Positions 1 through 10,188 of a DNA stretch of 64,000 bases are shown here, piece by piece. The translations under genes were made by a program, and so were the position numbers. Location of the stretch: positions 3,808,001 to 3,872,000 of the forward strand of contig OZ243961.1 in the NCBI GenBank assembly GCA_965214605.1. Direction: 5' to 3'. Numbering within the stretch: the stretch's first letter is position 1; every line of letters starts with the position of its first letter. This DNA comes from an uncultured Candidatus Binatia bacterium (lineage in GTDB: Bacteria > Desulfobacterota > Binatia > Bin18). A model generated the notes under the pieces. The model worked only from the letters and a program-made list of their open reading frames with translations, did no database searches and had not been told where the DNA came from.

Positions 1-461
1 AGACCCTGCCGGTCAGGGTCGGTAAATGGCATATCACCACCACTATCTCGTCACCCTCCCTGCCCCAGCCGAGATTTACCACCCAAACTCGGTGTGTTGA
101 CGAACCCGAGGTCGCTCCCTTTGAGGGCTTTGTTCAGGATGAGGGGTGTGAGCTGCATGATGTCAAGCAAGAGGGGAACAAACTCACCGCTAGGCTGAGC
201 TGCGGGAGTGGAGAAGGGGTGAATCCAATGAGCGGCACCCTGGAGTATAGTGTGACCGAGACGGTTATGAACAGCCGCATGCGGTTTGAAAGTAAGGACT
301 TTTCGCAGACTATACGGGCGGTTGGTAGGCATCTTGGAGAGTGTGACGAGGAGTCTGAACAGGCAGAAGATGAGCAGGGAGATGGACCTCAGCAGGCGGC
401 AGAAGCTCAACGGGAAGATACACCTCAACAGGCGCCAGAAGCTCAACAAGGGGCCGAATAA
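1..461 (+). CDS. DUF3617-like protein, 5'-partial, with acidic low-complexity tail
   Basis: Frame 3 is open from the window edge: ...VGKWHITTTISSP...TQTRCVD...GCELHDVKQEGNKLTARLSCG...AVGRHLGEC. This matches the GxWxITT/Cys/G-x-x-L-G-x-C pattern of DUF3617. Confidence 0.6.
   Translation, partial: TLPVRVGKWHITTTISSPSLPQPRFTTQTRCVDEPEVAPFEGFVQDEGCELHDVKQEGNKLTARLSCGSGEGVNPMSGTLEYSVTETVMNSRMRFESKDFSQTIRAVGRHLGECDEESEQAEDEQGDGPQQAAEAQREDTPQQAPEAQQGAE
357..456 (+). repeat. Three imperfect ~33-36 bp tandem units encoding QQAxEAQ-type acidic repeats
   Basis: cagcaggcggcagaagctcaac / caacaggcgccagaagctcaac and a more diverged upstream copy. Confidence 0.6.
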
Positions 462-492
462 ACCTCAGCTCCACCCAGAGGAGGATAAGCGT

Positions 493-882
493 ATGATGGA
501 AAGCCAAAAGATGGACGACTCGGTCAACGTGTTTGGCGAGCCGCTCAAAACCTGCAGCGAGAGCCCCATGACTGGTTTCTTCCGCGACGGCTGTTGTAAT
601 ACCAGCGATCAGGACCGTGGCTCGCATACCGTATGTGTCGAGGCCAGCCAAGAGTTTCTGGAATTTTCTCGGCTACGCGGCAATGACCTATCGACACCCC
701 GGCCCGAGTTTAGTTTCCCGGGCGTCAAACCGGGCGACCGTTGGTGTCTATGTGCCGCGCGTTGGCTTGAAGCCCACCAACGCGGAATGGCTCCTCAGGT
801 CTATCTCACCCGCACCCACAAAAGAGCCTTGGAGATTGTTCCGCTCGAATTGCTGCGTGAGTATGCGGTTGATCTAAATTAG
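493..882 (+). CDS. DUF2237 family protein
   Basis: NVFGEPLKTCS-PMTGFFRDGCC...GSHTVC...GNDLSTP...PGDRWCLCAARW motifs. GAGG RBS before ATG at 493. Confidence 0.9.
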   Translation: MMESQKMDDSVNVFGEPLKTCSESPMTGFFRDGCCNTSDQDRGSHTVCVEASQEFLEFSRLRGNDLSTPRPEFSFPGVKPGDRWCLCAARWLEAHQRGMAPQVYLTRTHKRALEIVPLELLREYAVDLN

Positions 883-1052
883 GGCTGGTAAGGTGTAGAA
901 TCCCAAAAGAGACGGAGTAGCAACTTATGGGCTTGATTCCAGCCTCTTCCTATACTCAGGTGTCCTCAACGTATCGACCCCCTACATTCGTGCGGAGTGG
1001 GGGCAGAAGGCGCACCTATGACGCGGGCAAGTGATATACCAATATACGGCAG

Positions 1053-1260
1053 TTGTACTACGGGGACAACCTGCCGATTCTCCGCACCATGCCGGATGAC
1101 TTGGTAGACCTTTGTTACTCGGACCCGCTGTTTAACAGTAACCGGGCCTACAACATCATCTACCCTGACGACCTAGGCCAAGTCACTGCCTTTGAGGACA
1201 CCTGGTACTGGACCCCAGACTGTGATCAGTACCTTGCCGATATAGAGGCCCAGGCGGGCG
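1053..1260 (+). pseudogene. N-terminal fragment of an N4/N6 site-specific DNA methyltransferase
   Basis: LYYGDNLPILR...VDLCYSDPLFNSNRAYN...AFEDTWYW (degenerate DPPFNS motif IV). Truncated. Confidence 0.75.
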
Positions 1261-1289
1261 AACTGGAGCAGATGTTACCTGTCGGCTTC

Positions 1290-1442
1290 GCGAGAATACG
1301 AGCCAGGCGGTGTTCACGCGCTACCTCAACGTGACGACGGATCCTGGTGAGCCAGTGGGAGCGCGGCGAGAAACGCCCGCGCGGTGCCTCGTTGAAGCTG
1401 CTGACGCTGGTGGCGAAGAACGGTCTCGGGGCGATCGCTTGA
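1290..1442 (+). pseudogene. C-terminal fragment of an XRE/YiaG-like HTH regulator (antitoxin-like), frameshifted
   Basis: SQAVFTRYLNVTTD / LVSQWERGEKRPRGASLKLLTLVAKNGLGAIA* across a one-base frameshift. Confidence 0.7.
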
Positions 1443-1708
1443 GACTTCGCCAGCCTAGCTGAGGATTAAGCGGTGGAAGGGCCCTTCGACGCGCCACGCG
1501 TTTGCCGCAGCTCCCGGTTGTGGCCCAAAGATCTATCGAGATTCTTACCGTCGTCGTTTCAGTTCGCAGCCGAACGCTCCGAGCACCGTACGCCACCAAG
1601 TGCAATCCACCGTGGGGATAGCCGACACCTACAGCCCATCCTCTGGTAACTTTCAACCCGATCAAGGCACCCGGATCATTAGCATTGGCTGATGCCCAAG
1701 GTTTGTAA

Positions 1709-2915
1709 ATGACGAAAAAGATCACTGACAGCCAGATCCTCGGCGAGCTCGGCGAAACTGCTGTCAAAAAGCTCGTGCTTGAGATGGGCATGATCTACGA
1801 GCACCACGGGCGCCTCGAAGCGGGCATCGATGGTCTCATTGAGCTTCGGGACCCCTCCACCCACGCCTCACTCGGCAAGCTGCTTGGAGTCCAAGTCAAA
1901 TCAACCGCCGCCGGACAGTATCCTCGCGAAACTGCGGAACGGTTCGATTATCTGCTGAAATCAGAAGACCTTGCCTATTGGCGCCAGTCCACCATCTTGG
2001 TGATCATTGTCCTGTGGAGACGGTTCGATAACACCGCCTTCTGGAAGGAAGTGACCGACGCTATCCCCGGCAACGAGCGCCGGTTGGCGTTTCACAAGAC
2101 CGCCGATGCGTTCGACAATAGCTGCGCCGACCGGCTCGGAGCGCTCACTGTCGACCGCCAAACGCCCGGCGTTTTCGTGCCGCCGTTCAATCTCGGCGAG
2201 ACCGCCATCCTGAACATGCTGCGGATCCGCATGCCGAACGAGATGTTCCTCGCCACCTCGCCCTTCGGCTCCGGGCGCGATGCAATGCTGGAACTGATGA
2301 AGCACGACAACATTCGGTACCACTGGGTGATTCGAAAGCGCTTCATGTCGTTCTTCGATCCTTGGCGACTGCGGCACGAGCGCCATCGTGTATCGTGACC
2401 AATCGAGGCGATCGACACCGATCTTCATGCGATTAACGACGATCTCGACGACCGAAACGACACCATTGACCTGCTGCGGCGGACAGTCGAGACGCAGTTG
2501 TTCGACAGACTGTACTACGTACGCAAGGATCGTCTGTTCTACTTTCGGGCCATGCAGAAGAACAGGCCTCTGAAGTACAGCTACACCTCCAGTGCCAGGA
2601 ATGCCTCGGCCAGGGCGGTGAGCGTCTATCGCGACCGGAAGAATCCGGACGGTAGGGGGTACGCGCGCCATCATGCGGCGAGATTCCGTTTCGAGCGTCT
2701 CCATGACGAATGGTTTATCGTCATCGATCCGACCTTCTACTTCACCCACGACGGCTTTCAGCCGCACCGGTACCCTGAAACCCTGTTGTCCGGAAAGATT
2801 CGAGCTCAGAGGCACAGGACTGTGGACTACATCCGAAGCGGACGCGCCGCGCCTGCGCTTCGAGCCGCTTCCCGTCCTCTAGCTCTCCCGCGCGGTTCCC
2901 GAGTCTTCCGCGAAC
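1709..2915 (+). pseudogene. DUF4365 (PD-(D/E)xK-like) domain protein, frameshifted
   Basis: LGELGE...EAGIDGLIELRDP...LGVQVKST...DLAYW. Homologous-looking coding continues in shifted frames (ORF 2498 onward: ARHHAARFRFERL..WF.VIDPTFYFTHDG). Confidence 0.7.
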
Positions 2916-3039
2916 CCCCGAAACCGCTCGACGACGTACGGCCAGTCGGCGGCGGGCCTAGGGCGGAATCGCTGCCTCACCGACAGGGCGTGGCCGACGG
3001 CTGGACCGACGGCCGATGCCCTGCCATGAGACCCCGTGC

Positions 3040-3069
3040 TTGCGAATATATAGCCGATACGCTATATAT
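3040..3069 (+). promoter_or_regulatory. Sigma70-like promoter overlapped by a palindromic TA operator
   Basis: TTGCGA-17bp-TATATA, with perfect inverted repeat ATATATAGC-N6-GCTATATAT just before the toxin ATG at 3076. Confidence 0.6.
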
Positions 3070-3075
3070 CGGGGG

Positions 3076-3385
3076 ATGGATTGGACGGTCGAAACCGACC
3101 GGCGACGCCGAAATAGCCGCCTTGCCGGCGGCGTTGCACGCCCGGCAGCTGCGGTTGCTGGAGACGATGGAGCATGGCGGGCGGGAGGCCCTTCGCGCGC
3201 CCCATGTCAAGCCTCTCGACGGGAAGCTGTGGGAGCTTCGGGGGCGGGGGGAAGGCGGTATCGCTCGGGGGGGCTACGTGACGACGGCGGGCCGGCAGGT
3301 GGGGGTGCTGTACGTCTTCGCGAAGCAGTCGGACACCGCGCCGTGCGCTCGCAACCGCTAGAGAGCGGATGAGGCAGGTAATCAC
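3076..3385 (+). pseudogene. RelE/HigB (Gp49/DUF891-like) toxin, frameshifted
   Basis: MDWTVET / AEIAALPAALHAR...PHVKPLDGKLWELR...GIAR..YVT..GRQV.VLYVFAKQS. Confidence 0.75.
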
Positions 3386-3670
3386 ATGAGGAAGCGGAAG
3401 GACCTGAAGGCGCACTTGATGGCGGACCCGGAGTTCCGGGAGGAATACGCGCGGGGCGACGGGGAGGATGCGCTGATCGAGGCGCTGGTGCGCGCCCGCA
3501 TGGCGGCGAAGCTGACGCAGGCGGAGCTTGCCCGGCGGCTCGGTACGACGCAGTCCGCGGTCGCGCGGCTGGAGGGCGGGCGGGTGTCGCCGTCCTTCGC
3601 GACGCTTCGCCGCTACGCCAAGGCAACCGGCGCGCGGCTGACTGTGGGCCTGGCTCCGGCCGACGGCTGA
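3386..3670 (+). CDS. HigA-like XRE helix-turn-helix antitoxin
   Basis: MADPEFREEY...ARMAAKLTQAELARRLGTTQSAVARLEGG..SPSFATLRRYAKA, directly after the toxin. Confidence 0.9.
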   Translation: MRKRKDLKAHLMADPEFREEYARGDGEDALIEALVRARMAAKLTQAELARRLGTTQSAVARLEGGRVSPSFATLRRYAKATGARLTVGLAPADG

Positions 3671-4322
3671 GGCGGGCGACAGGCCGGCGGCGGGCGCGGG
3701 CGAACGATTTCCAGGGCCGACAGGGTTTCGCACGGCTACGCCAGGGTTGGAATGAATCCGCTTTCAGAATGATTACGCGATTTTCAGAGAACCACTTATT
3801 CTATTGATAGAAAATAATAATTTCTCCAGCAGAACATATCTACACGACAAAAGACAAAGACCCTGCCATAGACGATGGACTAAGGCGGCTCTGCCTCAGT
3901 CCGTCACGCGAAGACTGCGGGTCCATATGAGAGCCTCTCCGCGGAACTGCCTCTGTCAACACGGGCGTAGAACCGAACTATCCGCTCGCCAGCAGAGGCG
4001 CCGGCGAAAAAAACTTGGCAAGCAATGGAATGAAAAAATTCCACCCATCCAGCTCCGCGTCGTTAACAAGCAAACACGTCGCCCCGGATTGGGCGTGGGC
4101 GCGCCGTTCCTGAGCCGTAAAGAGGACGCCTATTAAAAAACTGTCCGACCAAAGCAGTCGGAAATGGGAGAAGGTGTGAGGCACGCTCAAACGCGGTGAA
4201 GGCACTCAATTGTTACAAAGCTATAACAGTCAGTCTCTGGACGGACAAAGCGTGGGCATCTCGAAGGTATTGCGCTGATTTGGCGATCTATGACAAGAAC
4301 AGGGAAGTGAGGAGGGAGCCTC

Positions 4323-6224
4323 GTGACACACAAACTACACACCGAACGCAGGCTGCGCCAGATATCCGGCCTCTGCTGCGCTTGGCTGCTTTTGAGTCTC
4401 GCCACCGTTTGGGCCGCCGCCCCGGTCCAAGAAGTCAGCGGCGAGCGCATCTATAAGGAACACTGCGCCACCTGCCATGCCACCGCGACCCGCGCGCCAA
4501 AGTTTGAGGTGATGCGCAAACTGCCGGCTACGTTTGTTCTACGTTCGCTCGAACTGGGCAAAATGCGCTTCCAGGGCGTGGTGCGGACCGGAGCCGAACG
4601 GCGGGCTGTGTCTGAGTATATTACCGGCAAGTCGCTCCCGGCCGTGAGCCAACCAGACCCGACGGTGGCCGGCTTTTGCAGCGATGCGCCGGGTGAATTC
4701 CCGGCCCCGCACGCTACGGCTGAGTGGAACGGCTGGGGCGTGGACAAGACCAACAGCCGCTTCCAGCCAGCCGAGGCCGCGGGCATCAGCGCCGATCAGG
4801 TGGCTAAACTCAAGGTCAAATGGGTGTTTGGCCTGCCCATGGACTATCAAACCTCGCAGCCGACGGTTGTTGGTGGGCGGGTCTTTGTCGGCAGTCTCGG
4901 TGGTCACGTCTATTCGATCGACGCCAAGACAGGCTGCCTATACTGGGCCAAAAAGCTTAAGGCCGGAGTCCGGGCATCGGTGGTCGTTGCTCAGATCCCC
5001 GATACCGCTCCACCCCGTTACGCCGCGTATTTTGGCGATATTGAGGCCAATGTGTACGCGGTTGATGCCAGGACTGGTGAAGAGTTGTGGCAGACCAGAG
5101 CTGATGATCATCGCCTGGCCCGGATTACCGGAACGCCCACCTTACACAACAACCGGCTGTACGTACCGATCACGTCGCTGGAAGAGGTGGCCGGCTCAGA
5201 CCCAAGCTATGAGTGTTGTACCTTTCGTGGCCCGATTGTTGCCCTAGATGCCGGCAGCGGTGAGCAGCTCTGGAAAGCGTATACGATTCCAGAGGAACCA
5301 AGACCGGTTCGTAAAAATGCCAACGGGGTGCAGCTGTGGGGGCCGTCGGGTGCCTCGGTGTGGTCGGCCCCGACCCTGGATTTAAAAAAGAACGTTATGT
5401 ATGTAGCTACCGGGGATAACTATTCCGATCCGCCCTCAATGACCAGCGACGCCCTGGTCGCCTTTGATTTAGAGACCGGCAAGATGCTGTGGTCCCAGCA
5501 GTTCACGCCGAACGACGCGTGGAATATCGCCTGCGAGTCGGACGATCAGACCAACTGTCCCGAGGCTCGTGGACCAGACCTGGACTTTGGCTCATCGGCA
5601 ATTCTGCGCACTCTGCCGGACGGTCGGCGGGTGCTGGTGGCGGGTCAGAAGTCGGGCATGCTACACGCCGTTGATCCAGACAATAACGGCGCCATCCTAT
5701 GGCAGGCACGGGTCGGTAAGGGTGGCCTAGCCGGGGGAATCCAGTGGGGGCCGGCCGCGGATGGCAGCACGGTATATGTGGCCCTGTCCGATATTGGTCT
5801 GAAGACGGTCGAGGATTCGCAGACGGGCTGGACGACCGAGCTTGATCCCAGCGTCGGGGGAGGGATGTTCGCCTACGATCTAGCGACCGGAAAACGTTTG
5901 TGGCATGTACCGCCTCCGGGTTGTGGAGACCGCAAGCAGTGTAGCCCGGCCCAGTCCGCGGCTGTGTCGGTAATTCCTGGAGTCGTTTTTTCCGGTTCGG
6001 TCGACTCCCACCTGCGGGCCTATTCAACCATCGACGGTACGGTGCTGTGGGACTATAATGCCGATCAAGAGTATGAGAGCACCAATGGGGTGCCGACCCG
6101 GGGCGGAGCGTTTGACGGTCCTGGGCCAACGATTGTTGACGGCGTGGTGTACGTCAATTCGGGCTATGGGTTCTGGGGCGCTCGCTCGGGTAATGCCTTA
6201 CTTGCGTTTGAGGTCGGCGACTAA
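4323..6224 (+). CDS. PQQ-dependent quinohemoprotein, polyvinyl-alcohol dehydrogenase-like (N-terminal cytochrome c + PQQ beta-propeller)
   Basis: Signal peptide, CATCH heme motif, WNGWG, SLEE..YECCTFRG, GPSGASVWSAPT, GPDLDFGSS, GQKSG, GGIQWG, NSGY. Confidence 0.85.
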   Translation: MTHKLHTERRLRQISGLCCAWLLLSLATVWAAAPVQEVSGERIYKEHCATCHATATRAPKFEVMRKLPATFVLRSLELGKMRFQGVVRTGAERRAVSEYITGKSLPAVSQPDPTVAGFCSDAPGEFPAPHATAEWNGWGVDKTNSRFQPAEAAGISADQVAKLKVKWVFGLPMDYQTSQPTVVGGRVFVGSLGGHVYSIDAKTGCLYWAKKLKAGVRASVVVAQIPDTAPPRYAAYFGDIEANVYAVDARTGEELWQTRADDHRLARITGTPTLHNNRLYVPITSLEEVAGSDPSYECCTFRGPIVALDAGSGEQLWKAYTIPEEPRPVRKNANGVQLWGPSGASVWSAPTLDLKKNVMYVATGDNYSDPPSMTSDALVAFDLETGKMLWSQQFTPNDAWNIACESDDQTNCPEARGPDLDFGSSAILRTLPDGRRVLVAGQKSGMLHAVDPDNNGAILWQARVGKGGLAGGIQWGPAADGSTVYVALSDIGLKTVEDSQTGWTTELDPSVGGGMFAYDLATGKRLWHVPPPGCGDRKQCSPAQSAAVSVIPGVVFSGSVDSHLRAYSTIDGTVLWDYNADQEYESTNGVPTRGGAFDGPGPTIVDGVVYVNSGYGFWGARSGNALLAFEVGD

Positions 6225-6278
6225 ACGGGCTCTCAGTCTTAGCTGGCGGATACGACAAGAACCCGGCCGGCCAAGCCT

Positions 6279-7025
6279 ATGCTCCAACCCGCCAACATGG
6301 TCGAAATCCAGCGTTTCCAAACACCCCACTACGGCTGCATGTATCTGCCCCATCGGACCGCCTCGCTGAGCTATCGGATTCTGGTCGAGCTTAGCACCGA
6401 GGGGTATGAGCATATGCTGAGACGAGGTTGGCGGCGCTTTGGCTGTGAGTTTTTTCGACCGGCCTGTCCGGCCTGTAGCCAATGTCGGAGCCTACGCTTA
6501 CCGGTGTCGGCGTTTCGCCCCTCGCGCAGTCAACGACGAGCGCTCAAGCGCAACGCGGATGTCGAGGTCGTGGTCCAAGAACCGACCCTGACGGCCGAGC
6601 ATCTGCGTTTGTTCAACGCCTACCACCGCTTTATGTACCAAAAAAAAGGCTGGCCGCGCCACCTCCACACCCCCGGCTCCTATGCCCGCAGCTTCTTAAT
6701 GGGCAACTGGGAGTTTGCCCGCGAGTTTCAGTACTACCGACACGGCCGCTTAGTCGGGGTCGGACTGGCCGATGTGACGACTGAGTCCTTATCCAGCATT
6801 TATTTTTTTCATGATCCGGCCTGGCGGACGCAGTCGCCAGGGGTATTTTCTATCTTGCAGCAGCTCACCTATGCCCAGCGGCTGGGGCTCAGCTATCATT
6901 ATCTAGGATACTGGGTCGCTGGCAGCCGGTCGATGGCGTATAAAGCCAACTATCGACCCCACGAGATATTAACCCGCTATCCGGCCGATGATGAGGAAGA
7001 GCCGGAGTGGCGGGCACCGGCTTAG
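6279..7025 (+). CDS. Arginyl-tRNA-protein transferase family / Asp-Glu leucyltransferase (Ate/Bpt)
   Basis: CMYLP...GWRRFG..FFRPAC..CSQC.SLR...F.PSRSQRR...SSIYFFHDP...YLGYWV..SMAYK. Confidence 0.9.
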   Translation: MLQPANMVEIQRFQTPHYGCMYLPHRTASLSYRILVELSTEGYEHMLRRGWRRFGCEFFRPACPACSQCRSLRLPVSAFRPSRSQRRALKRNADVEVVVQEPTLTAEHLRLFNAYHRFMYQKKGWPRHLHTPGSYARSFLMGNWEFAREFQYYRHGRLVGVGLADVTTESLSSIYFFHDPAWRTQSPGVFSILQQLTYAQRLGLSYHYLGYWVAGSRSMAYKANYRPHEILTRYPADDEEEPEWRAPA

Positions 7026-9061
7026 CCGTCCAAGCGGGATTGGTGTGGGGCAAAATACTCCCGCACGCGTCCTAGCGCCATGAGCGGGAAATAATGGCGG
7101 TACATGTTGTAGTTGATCATGAAACCGCGCTGCAGCTCGGTGCCCTGGGCAAAGCGTTTTTTCATTTCCTGAACCTGAAGATCGGTCCGCGCACCGGTGC
7201 CATACCCGGGGAAGCCGGTGCCGGTATAGTACGGCTCGTCCCAGCTGCCGTCCCGCTGGGTGCGGACCAGATAGTCTGTCCCACGACGAACCGGTCCCTC
7301 AAAATCTCGTCCGTCCAGGGCTGTCAGGGCCATGAGCGCCCAGGCGGTCTGGGAAGCAGTGCTCGGCCCTGTGCCGCGCAGGCGGTCGTCCATATACGAG
7401 GCGCAGGTCTCCCCCCAGCCGCCGTCCGCATTTTGGTGGGTAGCTATCCATTGTCCGGCCCGGTGGACATAGCCGGCGCTCATATCTTCGCCGATCGCCC
7501 GCAGGGCCGGCAGGACCGTAGCCGTGCCGTAGATATGGTTTACCCCCCAGCGCCCAAACCAGCTGCCCTCGGGCTCTTGTTCTGCGCGGATGTAGGCTAG
7601 CGCGCGGGCCATAGCCGGCTGCGAGGCGTCGTAGCCGAGCAGCCCGAAGGCTTCCATAACATGGGCGGTGACATCGACGCTGGGCGGGTCGAGGGCTTCA
7701 CCAAAATCACAAAACGGGATTTTGGTCAGCAGCTGTTTGTCGTTATCGCGGTCAAACGCGCCCCAGCCGCCGTTACTGGACTGCATTGCCAGTATCCAGT
7801 GCTTGGCTCGGGCAATCGGGCCGTCAAAACGTCCGTCGTTCGGATTCTGTTTGCGCAGCTGGGCCAGGACGACTAGGGCCACCGCAGTGTCGTCAATATC
7901 GGGATAGGCGGCATTGGCCCGCTCAAATGCCCAACCGCCAGGCTTGACGTCAGGCAGTGTGAGCTGCCAATCCCCTCCGGTGACGACCTCTTGATCAAGA
8001 ATCCAGTCCAACGCAGTCTGCATTGGCTCGGACTGTTGAAGTCGGTGACCACAGTCGAGCAGCGCCAGGCTGGACAACAGCGTATCCCAGACCGGCGACT
8101 CGCTGGCCTGGATGTGCAGCCCACCGTTCCGCTCATATGACCAGTGGGCGTCAAGGGCAGCTAGCCCCGCGGCGAGAACCGGATGGCTCAGCGGATAGCC
8201 CTCAACGGAGAGCGCCATTAGACTATAAATCCAGGGCGGCTGAATGCCGCCCCACGCCCCGTCGGCGTCCTGGTGTTTAATGATCCACTCCACACACTGC
8301 CGAATGGCAAGCTCACGGCCGGGCGTAAAGCCAAGTTTTTGATAGGCGTGCAGCGCGGCATCGGCAGCCAGGAAAAACGTCTGCCACGAGAACAGGTCGG
8401 CCTTGCGCGGCAGGTCGGTGTAGCTCTGCTGCCGACCCAGAGGAAAGAGTTCGTGTAAACGCCGCTCAGGCGGCAGCGGACGACAAAAGCGGCGGGCCGA
8501 CAAAATTGTCAGCGGAACCAGGGTTGCCCGGGCCCAGGAGGCAAAATTGTAGATGTTGAATGGAAACCAGCTGGGGAAGGCGATCACCTCGGGCGGCAGG
8601 CAGGGCGTTTTGTCCCAGGGCCACTCGCCGATGAGCGCTAGCCAATAGCGGGTAAAGACGCGGATGGTATCGAAGCCGCCGTGGGCCAATATCCAGTCGC
8701 GAGCTGTGCGCAGGGTTGGGCTGTCGGGCGCGACGCCGCTGGCCCGCAGGGCGGCGTAGCACTCGACGGTGGTGTTAATGTCGCCGTCCGGCGCTCCGTA
8801 GTAAATTTCCCACGCGCCGTCTTGGCGCTGGGCGTTGAGCAGGGTTTGGACAATGTCCTCTTTGTGCGGATGCTCATAGCCCAGAATGTGCATGGCCAGC
8901 AACCACTCAGCCTCCATGCAGCAGTTGGACTCCAGCATGCCGACCCAGTACCCGTCCTCGGCCTGGTGATGGTACAACCAGGTTGCGGCCGCGTTGATGC
9001 ACGCTTCGAGTCGGGACAGGTCAACGGCCTGCCCGGCGGGATCGGGGCCGAGGGGTGGCAT
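7022..9061 (-). CDS. shc: Squalene-hopene cyclase
   Basis: DIDDTA catalytic motif, QW repeats (QDADGAWGG, QSSNGGWGAFD, QEPEGSWFGRWG, QNADGGWGE), SPVWDT, YRHYFPLMALG. Confidence 0.95.
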   Translation of the reverse strand: MPPLGPDPAGQAVDLSRLEACINAAATWLYHHQAEDGYWVGMLESNCCMEAEWLLAMHILGYEHPHKEDIVQTLLNAQRQDGAWEIYYGAPDGDINTTVECYAALRASGVAPDSPTLRTARDWILAHGGFDTIRVFTRYWLALIGEWPWDKTPCLPPEVIAFPSWFPFNIYNFASWARATLVPLTILSARRFCRPLPPERRLHELFPLGRQQSYTDLPRKADLFSWQTFFLAADAALHAYQKLGFTPGRELAIRQCVEWIIKHQDADGAWGGIQPPWIYSLMALSVEGYPLSHPVLAAGLAALDAHWSYERNGGLHIQASESPVWDTLLSSLALLDCGHRLQQSEPMQTALDWILDQEVVTGGDWQLTLPDVKPGGWAFERANAAYPDIDDTAVALVVLAQLRKQNPNDGRFDGPIARAKHWILAMQSSNGGWGAFDRDNDKQLLTKIPFCDFGEALDPPSVDVTAHVMEAFGLLGYDASQPAMARALAYIRAEQEPEGSWFGRWGVNHIYGTATVLPALRAIGEDMSAGYVHRAGQWIATHQNADGGWGETCASYMDDRLRGTGPSTASQTAWALMALTALDGRDFEGPVRRGTDYLVRTQRDGSWDEPYYTGTGFPGYGTGARTDLQVQEMKKRFAQGTELQRGFMINYNMYRHYFPLMALGRVREYFAPHQSRLDG

Positions 9062-9064
9062 AGG

Positions 9065-9337
9065 CTACCGTCGCCTGTCGCCTAACTCACGCGCTTCGAC
9101 CTCAATGAGCAGCTCGCGTGAGACGGCCAACTGTCCGGTCTCGATGTCGTGGGCCGAGGCTCGCTCCGCGGCCAAGCGGCACACTTTCTTGAGGTCTAAG
9201 CCGTGAAACTCAAGATCGAGCTCATCCTGAGACACCCAGACCTGAATGCGCTGGCCATCGGCCAAAGCGCACTCATAACCAACGGCGCGCTGAGCCCGGT
9301 TGCGCTTACGGTCCATATTGATCACGCGATTTGCCAT
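9065..9337 (-). CDS. Small hypothetical protein, coupled between the CoA-transferase-like beta subunit and shc
   Basis: 90 aa ORF with 2-3 bp gaps to both neighbours. Confidence 0.6.
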   Translation of the reverse strand: MANRVINMDRKRNRAQRAVGYECALADGQRIQVWVSQDELDLEFHGLDLKKVCRLAAERASAHDIETGQLAVSRELLIEVEARELGDRRR

Positions 9338-9339
9338 GT

Positions 9340-10143
9340 TCAGGCTCTTTCTCGGCGCAGGACTCCGGCCCGATCAACCCGGTTACGCAGGACGTCTAAC
9401 TCTTCGACGCCGGGCGGTTCGGTGGTAGGAACCTGCTCGGGGATGACAAGGGGAAAGCTGGTCTGGGCCTGGACCTGCTCGACCGACACGCCTGGGTGGA
9501 GGGATCGGAGGCGCATACGCTTTTCGTCTTCGGTAAAGTCCATAACGCACAGCGGGGTGACACAATACTTGGGGCCCCCGCCGGGCAGGCCCAGTTTTTT
9601 GCGGGCGTCCGCTCCGCCTGAGCCCCAGCCAACGGTGCTGATATAATCGCAGCGCTCAACAAAGGTGCGGGCCGTGTGGGAGTTGAGAACAATGTAATAG
9701 CGACCGACGTGGGTACTCAGGGTCGGGGTGCCGACCGAACCTGGGCCGCGAAAACGCAGCTTTTTATAATCCGAACCTACGCCGATCAAATTGGTGTTAC
9801 CGTGGAGATCGACCTGCACCCCGCCGATGAAAAAGGTCCGTTTGCCCCAGTCCCTTAGCCGATCAAAGCGATGTCCGGTATCGCTGTACGATTCGGCCCA
9901 GCGCACTACTCTCCGGTCCCAGCCAAAGGCGGGCATAGGCAGGCTGTCAAGGTGGGCGACATTCATGCGCGTGCCAAGGAAGATCAACTCCATGTTCGGG
10001 CCGTGCAGACTGTGGGCGAGGCGGACTGCGGCCTCGGCCACCGGCATGGCCACGCCCACCTGGAGCAGCTCACCGTCCTTCAGCTCGCGGGCCAGAAACA
10101 CGGCCATAATTTCTTGGGGGGTACATCCGGTTTGGATGGTCAT
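9340..10143 (-). CDS. Class I CoA-transferase-like beta subunit (GctB/IpdB-like)
   Basis: ARELKDGE..QVGV.MP, GGVQVDLHGNTN, GPGSVG, FVERCDYIST, VTPLCVMDF..MRLRSLHPGVS. Confidence 0.85.
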   Translation of the reverse strand: MTIQTGCTPQEIMAVFLARELKDGELLQVGVAMPVAEAAVRLAHSLHGPNMELIFLGTRMNVAHLDSLPMPAFGWDRRVVRWAESYSDTGHRFDRLRDWGKRTFFIGGVQVDLHGNTNLIGVGSDYKKLRFRGPGSVGTPTLSTHVGRYYIVLNSHTARTFVERCDYISTVGWGSGGADARKKLGLPGGGPKYCVTPLCVMDFTEDEKRMRLRSLHPGVSVEQVQAQTSFPLVIPEQVPTTEPPGVEELDVLRNRVDRAGVLRRERA

Positions 10144-10188
10144 AGGAAGACAACAACTCCTCTTTTTCAGGGATGACGTTTCGCGCCC

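Noticed and set aside
3700-4320. ORF 3804-4136 and a hairpin near 3873-3905
   Set aside because: No family motif or RBS support.
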